Positions 19,411 to 30,278 of a stretch of 64,000 bases of DNA are shown here, in pieces. This DNA is from Gemmatimonadota bacterium. Its GTDB lineage: Bacteria > JBHIER01 > G020348925. The stretch spans positions 2,495,688 to 2,559,687 of the forward strand of contig CP070758.1 of the NCBI GenBank assembly GCA_020348925.1. Reading direction: 5' to 3'. The position numbers were made by a program, and so were the translations under genes. The first letter of the stretch is position 1; each line of letters opens with the position of its first letter. The notes under the pieces were generated by a model. The model was not told the DNA's origin. It made no database searches and saw only the letters and a program-made list of their open reading frames with translations.

Positions 19411-19943
19411 GCCTCATCCCCCTTTCGCAGTATTTCCCTCAATCTTTGCCTCGCCTGATACAGGAGTACACGAATCGTACCCTCCGTCGTCCCCATGATT
19501 TTTCCCGTTTCACGGCAGGAAAACCCTTCCGAATAGCGAAGTATACAAGCGGTTCTCAAACGCTCCGGTAAATTCTCTATCAGGGATTTTACGATTTGAA
19601 CCTCCTCATCTCTCCCGGCGGTTTTATCCGGAAAACTGTCAATCTCGACCTCTTCGTGAGATTCGATCTCACGTTTTCTTCTATCATATCGATCCCTCGC
19701 CTCATTCGTTACGATTCTATAAATCCAGACATCGAATCGCTCCGGATATCTCAATGACGAAAGAGATCGATACGCCTTCAACATCGCCTCCTGAACAATA
19801 TCCTCGGCGTCCTCCTGATTACCAATGAGTCGAAGGGCATAACTCGTCAGAGGTCGACAGTAGGCATAGAACAAATCTCTAAAGGCCGCAATATCTCCCT
19901 TCTGAGCCTCTCGCACCTTCTTTGTGCGCTCACTTCGTTCCAC
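19407..19943 (-). CDS. ECF RNA polymerase sigma factor
   Basis: DAEDIVQEAMLKAY...WIYRIVTN; region 4 LPERLR...EGFSCRETGKIMGTTEGTIRVLLYQAR. Confidence 0.93.
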   Translation of the reverse strand: MERSERTKKVREAQKGDIAAFRDLFYAYCRPLTSYALRLIGNQEDAEDIVQEAMLKAYRSLSSLRYPERFDVWIYRIVTNEARDRYDRRKREIESHEEVEIDSFPDKTAGRDEEVQIVKSLIENLPERLRTACILRYSEGFSCRETGKIMGTTEGTIRVLLYQARQRLREILRKGDEA

Positions 19944-20069
19944 ATGTATTCCTATGTATATAGACGGTGATTATTCGTTAATTGTTAACAAGACCTTAGA
20001 AAGGAATTCTTGTTAAAAATGGGTTGTGCCTTTAAAGAGAAAACCAATAATACTATGAAATACAAGAAA

Positions 20070-20672
20070 TTACCGCAGTCTATATTTTCCTCTCGAATAT
20101 CCCTCTGGAGTAAAAATGTAGATGGGCTTCTTCTTTCGTGAGAGGTACCGCCGTACCTGAATCGACTGTTCTCGATAGACCTGGCGCTCAGCGGAATCCC
20201 TCTCAAAAATGTAAGTCCACATTTTGGTTTGATCCGAAATGAATTTTTTGGAGACGAGTTTCGGCTTGTCAACGAGAGGGCACTTGTTTCCCAGACGATA
20301 GCTGTAGACCATCCCGAGGAACTTTCCCTCCAGATCGAGGTACGGTTCAAACGGGAAAATGCGGCAACTGACTGACCGGTATTTCCGGTCACACCCTTTA
20401 TGGCCTAAACACTGCCCGAAGACCGTATTCTTATCCGTTTCTTCAATAATATTTTTCTCATGTTTTGTTTTCGGCTTGAAGCGCACCCACAGATCCGTAT
20501 GTTTCAACAGATAGGAGAATTCCCACTTGTACATGACCGGGATGAGCCATCCCGTATCGCAACAGTATGGAATTCCGCCGTTCTCAGGTGCACAGAGTTT
20601 TCCGCAGTCAAACCGTACAGGTGTTGATTCGTAATTTCGATAGATATATTCAAAATCTTTTTCTCTAAGCAT
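20070..20672 (-). CDS. Cysteine-cluster protein, YkgJ-like (putative Fe-S or Zn binding)
   Basis: CGKLC...CC...CLGHKGC..KYRSVSCRIFPF...CPL pattern; start at ATG 20672 is uncertain. Confidence 0.6.
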   Translation of the reverse strand: MLREKDFEYIYRNYESTPVRFDCGKLCAPENGGIPYCCDTGWLIPVMYKWEFSYLLKHTDLWVRFKPKTKHEKNIIEETDKNTVFGQCLGHKGCDRKYRSVSCRIFPFEPYLDLEGKFLGMVYSYRLGNKCPLVDKPKLVSKKFISDQTKMWTYIFERDSAERQVYREQSIQVRRYLSRKKKPIYIFTPEGYSRGKYRLR

Positions 20673-20908
20673 GATCGGTTTCCCTGCAAAACAATTCAGA
20701 TAAAAGTACACTACCGCCTCTGCGGCGATAGATCGTTGCGCTCCGGAATTCTAAGGTTGTACGTTGAATGAATCTACCAGTTCTCCCGCGGAGTAATGAT
20801 TTATCATTTCTCCTTATTCAAAAAAAGTACGTCGAACGTTGAACTCGATATCCGATAGCAGGTTCAATTTGTCTCTCTTCTTTTCGGATTGCGTCAAAAA
20901 ACCGTGCC

Positions 20909-21961
20909 TCAGCTCACAACGATTTTCCCAGCAGGATTCTCTGCCACCTCCCCGACAATTGCCGCATCCGCAACGCCGGCTTGATGCATACGCTCTAAGA
21001 GCCTTTTCGATCTCCCCTCCTCCACAGAGATCAGAAGTCCTCCCGAAGTCTGTGCATCGTAAAAGACGGACCGCAATTCCTCCGGGGCAGAAGATTCCCA
21101 GACAACACACTTCGAGTAAAACTCCCGATTTGACAGTGATCCTCCAGGAAGGACACCCTGCTGGGCTAGATCCACTGCTCCCGGAAAAACCGGAACCTTT
21201 GTTGCGGAGAGAAGGAATCCCGCCCGGCTATTTTGCACCATCTCGCTGGCGTGGCCCAGCAAGCCGAATCCAGTGATATCGGTACAGGCATGGACGCCAA
21301 CATGAACCATCGCCTCAGCCGCCTTGTTGTTCAAAGCAGCCATTGATTGCGTCAGCCGATCCGCCAGCGAAGCTTCTACCACGCCCGCTTTGATGCCCGT
21401 CGTAACGATTCCGATCCCCACAGGTTTCGTCAGGATGAGAACATCGCCTGGCCGCGCACCAGCATTCGCAATTATCCGATCCGGATGGACCGTTCCGGTG
21501 ACGGCAAGCCCATACTTCATTTCCCGATCGTCCACAGTATGGCCGCCCATAAGAGCGACGCCGGCTTCTTTCATTTTTTCGATACCGCCCTTGAGCATCT
21601 GGGTCAAAACATCCAACTCCAAAATACCGACGGGAAAGCCCACAATATTCAGCGCAGTGATCGGTGTTCCACCCATGGCGTAGACATCACTCAGGGAATT
21701 GGCCGCTGCAATTTGACCGAACACATACGGATCGTCCACCACGGGGGTGATAAAGTCCACTGTTTGGATTACGGCAACGTCATCCGTCAAACGATAAATC
21801 CCGGCATCGTCGATTGTCTCCGGTCCGATAATGAGACGCTCATTCTCAATTTTGGGCAACTGACGCACAACGTGCATCAGATCCTGAGGATTCAGTTTCG
21901 ACGCTCACCCCGCGCAGCGGACCTGCTGGGTCAGGCGCTTCTCAATCTCACTTTTTGTCAT
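20909..21961 (-). CDS. selD: Selenide, water dikinase (selenophosphate synthetase); selenoprotein with UGA at codon 19
   Basis: ATG 21961 gives MTKSEIEKRLTQQVRCAG-UGA(21907-21905)-ASKLNPQDL, in frame with the track ORF. Motifs DDAGIY, QTVDFITPVVDDP, AANSLSDVYAMGG, GGHT, TDITGFGLLGH, DAQTSGGLL. Confidence 0.95.
21874..21904 (-). promoter_or_regulatory. Candidate bacterial SECIS hairpin just 3' of the selD UGA
   Basis: mRNA GCGUCG-AAACUGAAUCCUCAGGAUC-UGAUGC: outer 6-bp stem with G-U pairs and inner CUGA/UCAG or AUCC/GGAU pairing; folded by eye. Confidence 0.5.
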
Positions 21962-22056
21962 TGCTATTGACCTCATACCTTGTAGAATTATTAATGCCTT
22001 AAAATCGAAATGTTGAAAAGTTACTAAGTAAAAAAGATCTTGCAATTTCATCCATA

Positions 22057-22431
22057 CTATTCAATTTTCTTTCTGAGATGTGATGCTAAGGATGCAATTC
22101 CTGCTGACAACTGTTTCACTTTTTCACGACGCTCCAAAGCTATATGTCTCGTTACATACTTTAAATCTTCCGCGGGATAGTACATACTTCTAACTTCGCC
22201 GCAAGATCCTTTCGAAATGTCTAAAAACCTGGCAAATTCATTGTTCGAATTTCGTTCGAATCCCTCGGCAATATTGTTCATGATGGAGATACCTGCTTTT
22301 TGAATCTGGCTCTTAAATCCAAAATCCTGGCAACCGGTTCTACCTCTTCCAAAGTCTGCGTATATGTCCTTAACAAGTATCCTGGCTTGTTGCCATATCC
22401 ATAAATCCTCAAACGTTTTCACCTTTTCCAT
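22057..22431 (-). CDS. Four-helix-bundle protein (23S rRNA IVS protein / S23-like family)
   Basis: FEDLWIWQQA...DFGFKSQIQKAGISIMNNIAEGFER...FLDISKGSCGEVRS. Confidence 0.9.
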   Translation of the reverse strand: MEKVKTFEDLWIWQQARILVKDIYADFGRGRTGCQDFGFKSQIQKAGISIMNNIAEGFERNSNNEFARFLDISKGSCGEVRSMYYPAEDLKYVTRHIALERREKVKQLSAGIASLASHLRKKIE

Positions 22432-22461
22432 TTTATCCCCACCTACCTTTTCTTGAAAATT

Positions 22462-22542
22462 TTCCCACTCTTCCTCTTTTTGACTTTTCTACTCTTTAAC
22501 TCATCCTCCTTTTGTACTTTTCCACTTGTCAACTTTGTAACT
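22462..22542. repeat. Degenerate 8-nt tandem repeat array (YTNNNACT-like, about 10 units)
   Basis: ttcccact cttcctct ttttgact tttctact ctttaact catcctcct tttgtact tttccact tgtcaact ttgtaact. Confidence 0.65.
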
Positions 22543-22548
22543 TTGCAG

Positions 22549-24474
22549 TTATACTATCCTCGCCTCCTCGTCCAACAAGACCCTCTCGTCTTCAACCCGC
22601 CGTGTCAGTCTGATTCTGTCAAAATACTCAAGAATAGCCAGCGAATATTTTCTGCTCGTATGAAACCGATCCCGAAACTGGGCAACGGTAATACTCTCTT
22701 GTTGTTGAATGGATTTTTTCACAAAATCCATCGCCTCTTCCAGGGCCTTGCGGTGAAAAATGACATTCCCCGTGGTTCGAATCAGAGTTCCCTCTTCCAC
22801 GAGAAGGTTGAGCATCCCTTTCAGCTCAGGCCTCGGGCCGAGTTTTTTCTCGATCTCATCAAACGCCGGTGGCTCGAAAAATTTGTCGAGATGAATCTTC
22901 TCAAGTTTATCCTTTACATGCTGTTGCTCGGACGTCAGGAACGTCTCTCTGCCTATGGGAAAAACTTTTCCCTCCTGAACAACAAACTCCTTTTGGGTTT
23001 CCAACTCCTTCACGAGTTGATCGAAGAGAAAAGGATCACCACCCAGGCGGAGCCTGGAGCGTACCTCTTCCTTGGGCATGCCCTTCTTATAAGGATTGAT
23101 TTCGAAATACTCCTTCACAACAGATGTAAACTCATTCAGGAATTGATTGAAGCTCTCAACTCCAATTAAAATTTCCCTTTTTTCCTTTACCAGTCTCTTG
23201 ATCTGATCTCCCTCCTCGAGTTTTTTTATCACTTCCCGAAGTTGCTCTCCATCCACATTGAGATAACGTTTCAGGTCATCGACAGGAAAAGGTTTCTTCT
23301 GTCGTTGGAGCAAACGATGTACGATATTTTCAAGCCGGCCGGTCTCCATGATCTCGAGGAATGATACAACCTCTTTTGCTTCTTTGCGTCTGAACCTTTG
23401 GGGCCTGATGTCAATTACCTGCCCCCCTCCTATTGTTCCCAGTGGAAGGGGCTTACGAAGAATGAATTGATCGCTCTTTAAGGCAACGACGGGCTCTTCC
23501 AGTTTTATTCGTGCCATTGCCGAGTCGCCGGGTTGTACTTCCTTCCGATCAAAAAGGATCACTTGAGCCGGAACCTGAGTCGTACCCAGGTGAAACTGAA
23601 CATGAGTGCGGTCCTCCAGGGATCGTTTTGTACTTTCCAAAAGGACCAGTCTGGTATCCAGTATCTCCGTTCGCTCGAAAACATCGGGTGTTGCTAAAAC
23701 ATTACCCCGCCGCAATTGCGATTTCTCCAAGTCCGGCAAGTTGAGGGCCGTGCGCTGACCTGCGTAAGCATGTTCCACCTTTTGGTTATGGACTTGAACG
23801 CCCCGGACACGAGTACTGTATTTCGAAGGGAGTACTTCCAACGTCTCACCAACACCAACCGAACCTGAGAAAACAGTCCCGGTAACAACGGTCCCAAAAC
23901 CCTTCATTGTAAATACCCGATCGATGGGCAGCCTGAAAGAACCTCGCTCACTCTTGGCCTCAATATCCTGAACGGCCGCCTCGATGGCCGTCTTCAGCTT
24001 CTCGATCCCATCACCTGTGGTCGAAGACACCCTCAAAATCGGAACCCCCTCGAGGAAAGTCCCAGCGACCGTCTCCTTGATGTCCTCTTCGACGAATTCG
24101 ATCTGTTCCTCATCGGTCAGATCGGTCTTCGTAATAACGGCCAACCCCTTCTCCACCTGAAGGAGTCGCAGAATATCGAGATGCTCTCTCGTTTGGGGCA
24201 TAACACCCTCGTCCGCAGCCACGACCAACAGAACGAGATCCATGCCCACGGCACCGGCCAACATATTTTTGACAAACCGCTCGTGCCCGGGGACGTCGAC
24301 AATCCCCGCCCGCTGACCGCCAGGCAGATCGAAATAGGCGAAACCGAGATCAATGGACAGGCCCCGCTCCTTCTCCTCCTTCAGGCGGTCCGTCTCGATT
24401 CCGGTTAAGGCCAGAATGAGGGCCGTCTTGCCGTGGTCGATGTGGCCGGCCGTCCCGATGATGATGTGTCTCAT
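22549..24474 (-). CDS. selB: Selenocysteine-specific elongation factor
   Basis: [40 protein letters not shown]-terminal winged helix [20 protein letters not shown]. Confidence 0.97.
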   Translation of the reverse strand: MRHIIIGTAGHIDHGKTALILALTGIETDRLKEEKERGLSIDLGFAYFDLPGGQRAGIVDVPGHERFVKNMLAGAVGMDLVLLVVAADEGVMPQTREHLDILRLLQVEKGLAVITKTDLTDEEQIEFVEEDIKETVAGTFLEGVPILRVSSTTGDGIEKLKTAIEAAVQDIEAKSERGSFRLPIDRVFTMKGFGTVVTGTVFSGSVGVGETLEVLPSKYSTRVRGVQVHNQKVEHAYAGQRTALNLPDLEKSQLRRGNVLATPDVFERTEILDTRLVLLESTKRSLEDRTHVQFHLGTTQVPAQVILFDRKEVQPGDSAMARIKLEEPVVALKSDQFILRKPLPLGTIGGGQVIDIRPQRFRRKEAKEVVSFLEIMETGRLENIVHRLLQRQKKPFPVDDLKRYLNVDGEQLREVIKKLEEGDQIKRLVKEKREILIGVESFNQFLNEFTSVVKEYFEINPYKKGMPKEEVRSRLRLGGDPFLFDQLVKELETQKEFVVQEGKVFPIGRETFLTSEQQHVKDKLEKIHLDKFFEPPAFDEIEKKLGPRPELKGMLNLLVEEGTLIRTTGNVIFHRKALEEAMDFVKKSIQQQESITVAQFRDRFHTSRKYSLAILEYFDRIRLTRRVEDERVLLDEEARIV

Positions 24475-24477
24475 ATC

Positions 24478-25893
24478 TTAATCGTAATTGAGATTCAGAA
24501 GAGCTTCCCGAACCTCATCCTCTTCATGCTTCCGAATCGTTCTGACATCAAGGAAAATCGTATCCTGTTGGATTCTTCCGAGTATTGGCAGGGGGCAGTC
24601 CCGAAGTCGCGCCGCCAGTTCATCGGGCGAGATGTGAACAGGCTTCAACGCGATCAGTTTCGTGGGCAGGCTCTCCATTGGCAGGGAGCCCCCGCCCACC
24701 CGGGACAGGCCGCTCTCGATTGAAATTTCGACCCTGTCCCTGAGCTTCGCTGAGAGACCCTTCACAATTTTCGAAGCTGCCTCTTCGATCTCCTCGATGG
24801 TTCTGGTCAAAAGCCACACGATTGGGAGCTTAGTCGACAGGTCCGGCTCGGTCAGATAGATCTGAAGTGTCGCTTCAAGAGCAGCCATCGTACATTTATC
24901 GATTCGCAAAGCCCGCTTCAAGGGATTCCCCTTGATCTTCTCGAGACAGTCCTTTTTCCCGACAATAATGCCCGCCTGAGGACCGCCGAGCAACTTATCC
25001 CCGCTGAACGTGATGAGATCAACGCCATGCCCCACAGATTCCTGGACCATCGGCTCCTTTTCCAGCCCATACTCGGAGAGATCAACGAGGGCGCCACTTC
25101 CAAGATCGTAGACGACAGGGAGACCGTGCCGGGCGCCAAGCTCCACGAGATCTTCGATCGGGACATCGGTCGTAAAGCCCACGACGATGAAGTTGCTGGG
25201 ATGACAGCACAACAGAGCCCCGGTATTCTTTGTCATCGCCTTTTCGTAATCCGCCAGGTAGGTGCGATTCGTTGTCCCCACCTCCACCAACCTCGCCCCA
25301 CTCTTCGTCACGACGTCCGGCAGACGGAAGGACCCGCCGATCTCCACAAGTTGCCCTCTGGATATGATAACGTCTTTCCCCTCGGCCATCGTATTCAGGC
25401 AGAGCATCACGGCCGCGGCGTTGTTGTTGACGACCGTCGCCGCTTCCGCTCCGGTGATCCGACACAGGAGCTCCTCAACGTGGACATCGCGATGGCCGCG
25501 CTTCCCGTTGTCCAATTCCAGTTCGAGATTGCATGGCGCTTCAGCCACCCGCATCATGGCCTCAATCGCGTCATCGGCCAAGAGAGACCGGCCGATGTTG
25601 GTATGGAGGAGAATACCGGTGGCGTTGATCAAGCGCCTCAGACTCGGCTCACGTTTCCTTCGAATGAGCTCTTCAACACTGCGAAGAATTCCCTCAGGTG
25701 ATAAATCAAGAGTATCACCTTTTTCGCCTCCCCTTCTCAGTGTCTCCCGAATTCCCTCAAGACGTTCGCGAATGGTGTTCGTGACAAAGGTTCGAGCGTA
25801 CTTTTCGAGCAGACTTTTTGCATCCGGATGCTCGAGAAGGGAATCGACGGCCGGGATCTGAGAGAAGAGCGATGTATCTTTTTTGCGTTCCAT
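24478..25893 (-). CDS. selA: L-seryl-tRNA(Sec) selenium transferase
   Basis: [62 protein letters not shown]. Confidence 0.97.
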   Translation of the reverse strand: MERKKDTSLFSQIPAVDSLLEHPDAKSLLEKYARTFVTNTIRERLEGIRETLRRGGEKGDTLDLSPEGILRSVEELIRRKREPSLRRLINATGILLHTNIGRSLLADDAIEAMMRVAEAPCNLELELDNGKRGHRDVHVEELLCRITGAEAATVVNNNAAAVMLCLNTMAEGKDVIISRGQLVEIGGSFRLPDVVTKSGARLVEVGTTNRTYLADYEKAMTKNTGALLCCHPSNFIVVGFTTDVPIEDLVELGARHGLPVVYDLGSGALVDLSEYGLEKEPMVQESVGHGVDLITFSGDKLLGGPQAGIIVGKKDCLEKIKGNPLKRALRIDKCTMAALEATLQIYLTEPDLSTKLPIVWLLTRTIEEIEEAASKIVKGLSAKLRDRVEISIESGLSRVGGGSLPMESLPTKLIALKPVHISPDELAARLRDCPLPILGRIQQDTIFLDVRTIRKHEEDEVREALLNLNYD

Positions 25894-26121
25894 TGAATGC
25901 TCATTTCTTTGGACTTTGAAATCCGCAATTTCCAACCTATACACTTAGGCCCAAGGCTTGTTAATATAGCCCTGATGGTTATATACAGCAATAGTTTTTT
26001 AATATATGCGCAGCTGGTAAGCCTGGCATTTTGGCTTGGGTTGATCAAGGATCAGTTAAAAAGAAATTCTGACGTTGAAAGCAAATCACTCTTCTATTCA
26101 GTGGTATTTAGTATCGATCAA

Positions 26122-27324
26122 TTACTTCCTCCCAAATCTCGTCAAGGTTCGCTCGTACGGCTCGAAGAGCATGTCGTACATATCCATGGCGTACCGGTCC
26201 GTCATGCCTGCTATGTAATCACACACGATCCGATAAATATTTTCTGTCTTTGATCTCTCCTGCAACTCTTCGGGAAGAAGCTCCGCATGCTCCGCAAACG
26301 TATTAAACAGTTCCCGTAAAATCTTTCTGGCCTTGTGCAACATCATCAATACAACCGAGTGGCTGAAGACCGTTTTCTTGATATACTCGGAGAGTCTGTT
26401 CAAATCCGCATACGTATTCTCCGAAAAAGCTACGACCGGTGTCGATAAACTGCGAACCTTCGCCGGCGAATCGATGCCATACTTGTCGATATTCTCCGGC
26501 GCCTGGACCAACACATCCTTGGACAGACCCTCGATCAGATTTCTCACCGCCCTTCTATATCGCAACCTCGAACTTTCAGTTTTCTGGAGCTTTCGATTCG
26601 CTCTCAAATCCTGACCGGCTGCCTCGTAGGCTTGACGCCATAATTGCGAGTCGCTCTCTTTTTCCAAACCTTCCTCAGTAATGAAGCCCAGGGTCAGGGC
26701 GTCATCCAAGTCATGGGTCGAATAGGCGATCTCATCGGCGACATTGACGATCTGGGTCTCGATACCGGGCTGGCTTTCAGGGAATTCGTCCAATCTCAGG
26801 GCTTCATCGTATCGCGTCTCGTGCCGGGCCAGGCCCTCTCTCGTTTCCCAGGAGAGGTTTAACCCGGGGAAATCCGGATACCGGAGTTCCGTCGCATCGA
26901 CGATTCTCAGGCTTTGCAGATTGTGGTCGAAGCCGCCCTTATCCTTCATGAGCGTCTGTAGCTCCTCTTCACCGGCGTGACCGAAGGGCGGATGGCCGAT
27001 GTCGTGAGCCAGGGCGATGGCCTCCACCAGATCCTCATTCGCACCCAGACTCCTCGCCAGAATACGGGAGATCTGCATCACCTCCAGCGTGTGGGTCAGG
27101 CGGGTCCGATAGAAATCGGCCTCATGAATGACGAAGACCTGAGTCTTGTACTGCAAAGCCCGAAAAGCCGCCGAATGGATAATGCGATCCCGGTCCCGCT
27201 GAAAACTGACACGATATTCGTGTGGAGGTTCCTCATGTTTCCTCCCTCTGCTCTCCCTGCTCTTTGTGGCGTAGGGAGCCAGCCGCCTCTCCTCTTCCTC
27301 CTCAATTCTATTTCTGACGCTCAT
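26122..27324 (-). CDS. dgt: Deoxyguanosinetriphosphate triphosphohydrolase (HD-domain dNTPase)
   Basis: FQRDRDRIIHS, KTQV, RTRLTHTLEV, HDIGHPPFGHAGE, ADEIAY, DYIAGMTDRYA; GAGGAG RBS before ATG 27324. Confidence 0.93.
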   Translation of the reverse strand: MSVRNRIEEEEERRLAPYATKSRESRGRKHEEPPHEYRVSFQRDRDRIIHSAAFRALQYKTQVFVIHEADFYRTRLTHTLEVMQISRILARSLGANEDLVEAIALAHDIGHPPFGHAGEEELQTLMKDKGGFDHNLQSLRIVDATELRYPDFPGLNLSWETREGLARHETRYDEALRLDEFPESQPGIETQIVNVADEIAYSTHDLDDALTLGFITEEGLEKESDSQLWRQAYEAAGQDLRANRKLQKTESSRLRYRRAVRNLIEGLSKDVLVQAPENIDKYGIDSPAKVRSLSTPVVAFSENTYADLNRLSEYIKKTVFSHSVVLMMLHKARKILRELFNTFAEHAELLPEELQERSKTENIYRIVCDYIAGMTDRYAMDMYDMLFEPYERTLTRFGRK

Positions 27325-27745
27325 TTTCTCCTCTTCGCATTTCATCGAGCCGATACAACAGGTGCTCTCGGTAAAAAAGGATCATCGGTCTAACGTCTGA
27401 AATTGTTTTTGTGGCCCCATAAAGATAATGCTCGCGATTTATCGAAAGATCGTCCACATCACAATCAGCCGATCCGACAATGCCCCACAGCGGATCATTG
27501 TGGGTGAAGATGTGCTCTCCCCGCCTCTACGTAAATACTCGTCAACAGCTTCACACACACTTTCGGACAATGTCATTTTTGTTTCCCGGCCCTTATGTTT
27601 CAGGAAATGATGCTGCCATCTACTCACGTATATCCCAATTCTCACGAGATCGTTCACCCTTCGATCTTTCCTTGTGTTTGACCTCCACACATTACATGAT
27701 TTACGCCGCCATGTCAAGTGCTTTTTTGGGTATATTTTGAGAAAA

Positions 27746-28534
27746 CTACGACAGCTCGTACAGATCCGTCCGCCGTTCCTGAAAGATCTTGTTGATACCG
27801 ACGGTTTTATCCCTTGCCTCCATCGGATCAATTTCGACGACTTGCGTTCCCTCTTCATCTTCACTGGCAAGAGCGAGGACATTGCCCTTTGGATCGACGA
27901 TTTGGCTCAGACCTGTGAATTCGAGTCTTTCGCCCCCCCGCTCTTCAACGCCGACCCGGTTGCAGGTCAGCGAGAAGACCCCGTTTTCCAGGGAGCGCGT
28001 GATCATGGCTTTCTGGCAGAACGGCAGCATGAGATTTGAAGGATGACAAATGATGTCCGCTCCCTTCAGGGCCAGGGTTCGCGCTGCTTCAGGAAAAATC
28101 CAGTCGAAACAGATCATCATCCCTATTCTGGCCAAGCCGATATCATGCACGTTGAAACCGGTGTCTCCTTTCTCAAACCATTTTACCTCATCTTTGAAAA
28201 GATGGGCTTTTCGATAGAGGCCGACAAATCCTTCCGGCCCGAGGAGGACCGCCGAATTATAGCGAGCACCCTCCGCCTTTTCGGCAAGTCCGGCTACGAT
28301 GAACGTGTCTGTATCCTTAGCGACATGTAGAAGACTTTGCGTCGTATAACCGGAGGGGACATCTTCCGAGATGTTCTCCACTTCCTCTGCGGACGTAAAC
28401 AGATACCCGGAGTTAAATAATTCGGGCAAGACGATGAGGTCAGCGTCAATGTCTCTGATGATACCAACAGCTTTTTCAACATTCTTCTCTTTTTTCCCAA
28501 ATTCGGGATGGAACTGGATAAAACCTATTTTCAT
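27746..28534 (-). CDS. Carbon-nitrogen hydrolase (nitrilase superfamily)
   Basis: Catalytic triad contexts LPELF, YRKAHLF and ICFDWIFPE. Confidence 0.92.
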   Translation of the reverse strand: MKIGFIQFHPEFGKKEKNVEKAVGIIRDIDADLIVLPELFNSGYLFTSAEEVENISEDVPSGYTTQSLLHVAKDTDTFIVAGLAEKAEGARYNSAVLLGPEGFVGLYRKAHLFKDEVKWFEKGDTGFNVHDIGLARIGMMICFDWIFPEAARTLALKGADIICHPSNLMLPFCQKAMITRSLENGVFSLTCNRVGVEERGGERLEFTGLSQIVDPKGNVLALASEDEEGTQVVEIDPMEARDKTVGINKIFQERRTDLYELS

Positions 28535-28605
28535 TTTTTCTCCTGATGGGAACGTTCTCTTGCTCCCAAAGATTGCTTCGAATCGAATGCGGCGGACATC
28601 TTTTT

Positions 28606-28684
28606 CACAACCCCCTGAATCCCCTTTTCATAAGGGGGACCTCTCGTATGTCCCCCCTATCAAGGGGGGACTATAGGGGGGTGT
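28606..28684. repeat. Palindromic intergenic repeat, family A (CCCCCT..TCCCC..AGGGGG), copy 1
   Basis: cacaaccccctgaatccccttttcataaggggga...tcccccctatcaagggggga..taggggggtgt; inverted copy at 57468-57549. Confidence 0.75.
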
Positions 28685-28691
28685 CATCCCA

Positions 28692-28743
28692 CGCTCCCAA
28701 ACTCCAGCTTGGGAGCGCTTACTGGTTTGGAAACTCAGTTTCC
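28692..28743. repeat. REP-like double hairpin
   Basis: cgctcccaa-N8-ttgggagcg followed by ggaaac-tca-gtttcc. Confidence 0.5.
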
Positions 28744-28792
28744 CATTCCGACGAACGTTAAAGCTGACCAACGGACCAAACCGACAAACGGT

Positions 28793-29931
28793 CTAAATCG
28801 ACAAAACCTTCTTCAAAAACCTTCCAGTATAAGATCCTTTTACTTTGGCGATCTCCTCAGGCGTGCCAGAGGCAACAAGCAAACCACCGCGTTCTCCACC
28901 CTCCGGGCCTAAATCAATGATCCAGTCGGCGGTCTTGATCACATCCAGATTGTGCTCGATCATGAGGACCGTGTTGCCCCGATCCACCAGTTTATTCAGT
29001 ACCGCCAACAGTTTCTTCATATCGTCGAAGTGAAGCCCGGTGGTGGGCTCATCAAGGATATAGAGGGTATTGGTCTCCTTCTTCTTGGCCAGTTCTCTGG
29101 CAATCTTCACCCTCTGCGCCTCCCCGCCTGAGAGCGTCGTAGCCGGCTGGCCGAGCCTGACGTATCCCAATCCGACATTCTGGAGTACCCACAATTTTTG
29201 TCCAACCTTTGGATAATTGGAGAAAAAAATGATGGCCTCGTCGACGGTCATTTCCAGAACTTCGCTAATATTCCTGCCTTTGTATCGAACCTCCAGAGTC
29301 TCCCGGTTGTAACGCTTTCCACCGCATCGATCGCAGCTGACGAAGATATCGGCCATGAAATGCATCTCCACTTTCACGGCACCGTCACCCTGGCACGCTT
29401 CGCACCGGCCGCCGGCCACATTGAAAGAGAAACGGCCTGGTTTGTATCCGCGAATCCGAGCCTCATGGGTCTTGGCGAAGATCTCCCGTATGGGATCGAA
29501 GGCCTTAATATACGTCACCGGATTGGATCGAGGCGTACGACCGAGGGGCGACTGATCCACCAGCACGACATCACCAATTCCATCCAGACCTTCGAGACCG
29601 TCATGCTCACCGACATGAACGGCCGTCGCGCCGAAGGTCCTGTGCATTGCATTATAGAGAATATCGTGGACCAGCGTACTCTTCCCCGATCCCGAAATGC
29701 CGGTCACGCAGACCATCACCCCTAACGGGATCTCGATATCGATGTTCTTCAAATTGTGTTCCCTCGCCCCCCGGACGATGAGCTTTCGGGATCCCACCGG
29801 GCGCCGCTCCTTTGGCAGGGGGATGATCTCTTTCCCGCTCAAATACTCACCGGTTAATGAGCCCGAGCCGTTCAGCAGGTTTTCAAAGGGTCCGGCGAAG
29901 ACAATCCGACCGCCCCGCTCACCCGCCCCCG
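28793..29931 (-). CDS. uvrA: Excinuclease ABC subunit A, C-terminal part (truncated by the gap)
   Basis: [10 protein letters not shown], Walker A GISGSGKS, zinc finger CEAC...[29 protein letters not shown]; frame stays open to the N run. Confidence 0.95.
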
Positions 29932-30031
29932 NNNNNNNNNNNNNNNNNNNNNNNNNNNNNNNNNNNNNNNNNNNNNNNNNNNNNNNNNNNNNNNNNNNNN
30001 NNNNNNNNNNNNNNNNNNNNNNNNNNNNNNN
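29932..30031. other. Assembly gap (100 N)
   Basis: Run of N. Confidence 1.
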
Positions 30032-30065
30032 AAATACTGGTACATCTCACCTGCTTTATTCACAA

Positions 30066-30168
30066 CTGTTATTCCGGCCGGAACCTGTTCTAGGATGCCG
30101 AAATCTCCTCGCTTTTTTTAACACACGCTCCACTCAGGAGATTCCGGGATAAACCCGGAAGACACAGC
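30066..30168. repeat. Palindromic intergenic repeat, family B (GTCATTCC...GGAATCTCC...GGAGATTCC...GGAATGAC-like), copy 1
   Basis: tgttattccgg...aatctcct...aggagattccggg...cccggaagacacag; related to 57247-57333. Confidence 0.6.
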
Positions 30169-30278
30169 AGGTGAGTGTGAAAAGCATAAACGAGCGGAGG
30201 TCAAAACCAACAACTTTCACAAGTCGTAAAAAGAGATCTGTTCGATTGTATTCTGATCGATTTTACGAATGATCCAGA

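Noticed and set aside
25897-26120. Possible tRNA-Sec (GGATTTCAAAGTCC on the minus strand) upstream of selA
   Set aside because: No T-arm or acceptor stem found; selC was not seen in this window.
20839-27393. Many plus-strand ORFs opposite the sel and dgt genes (and similar ones opposite lhr, purF and the GH57-like gene)
   Set aside because: Shadow ORFs antisense to well-supported genes, with no motifs.
27325-27745. Riboswitch or small ORF in the long leader upstream of dgt (TTGACA near 27717 on the minus strand)
   Set aside because: No recognisable aptamer consensus; the 45-aa ORF has no motif support.
29697-30152. ORFs spanning the first gap
   Set aside because: Artefacts of translating N; uvrA is simply truncated.
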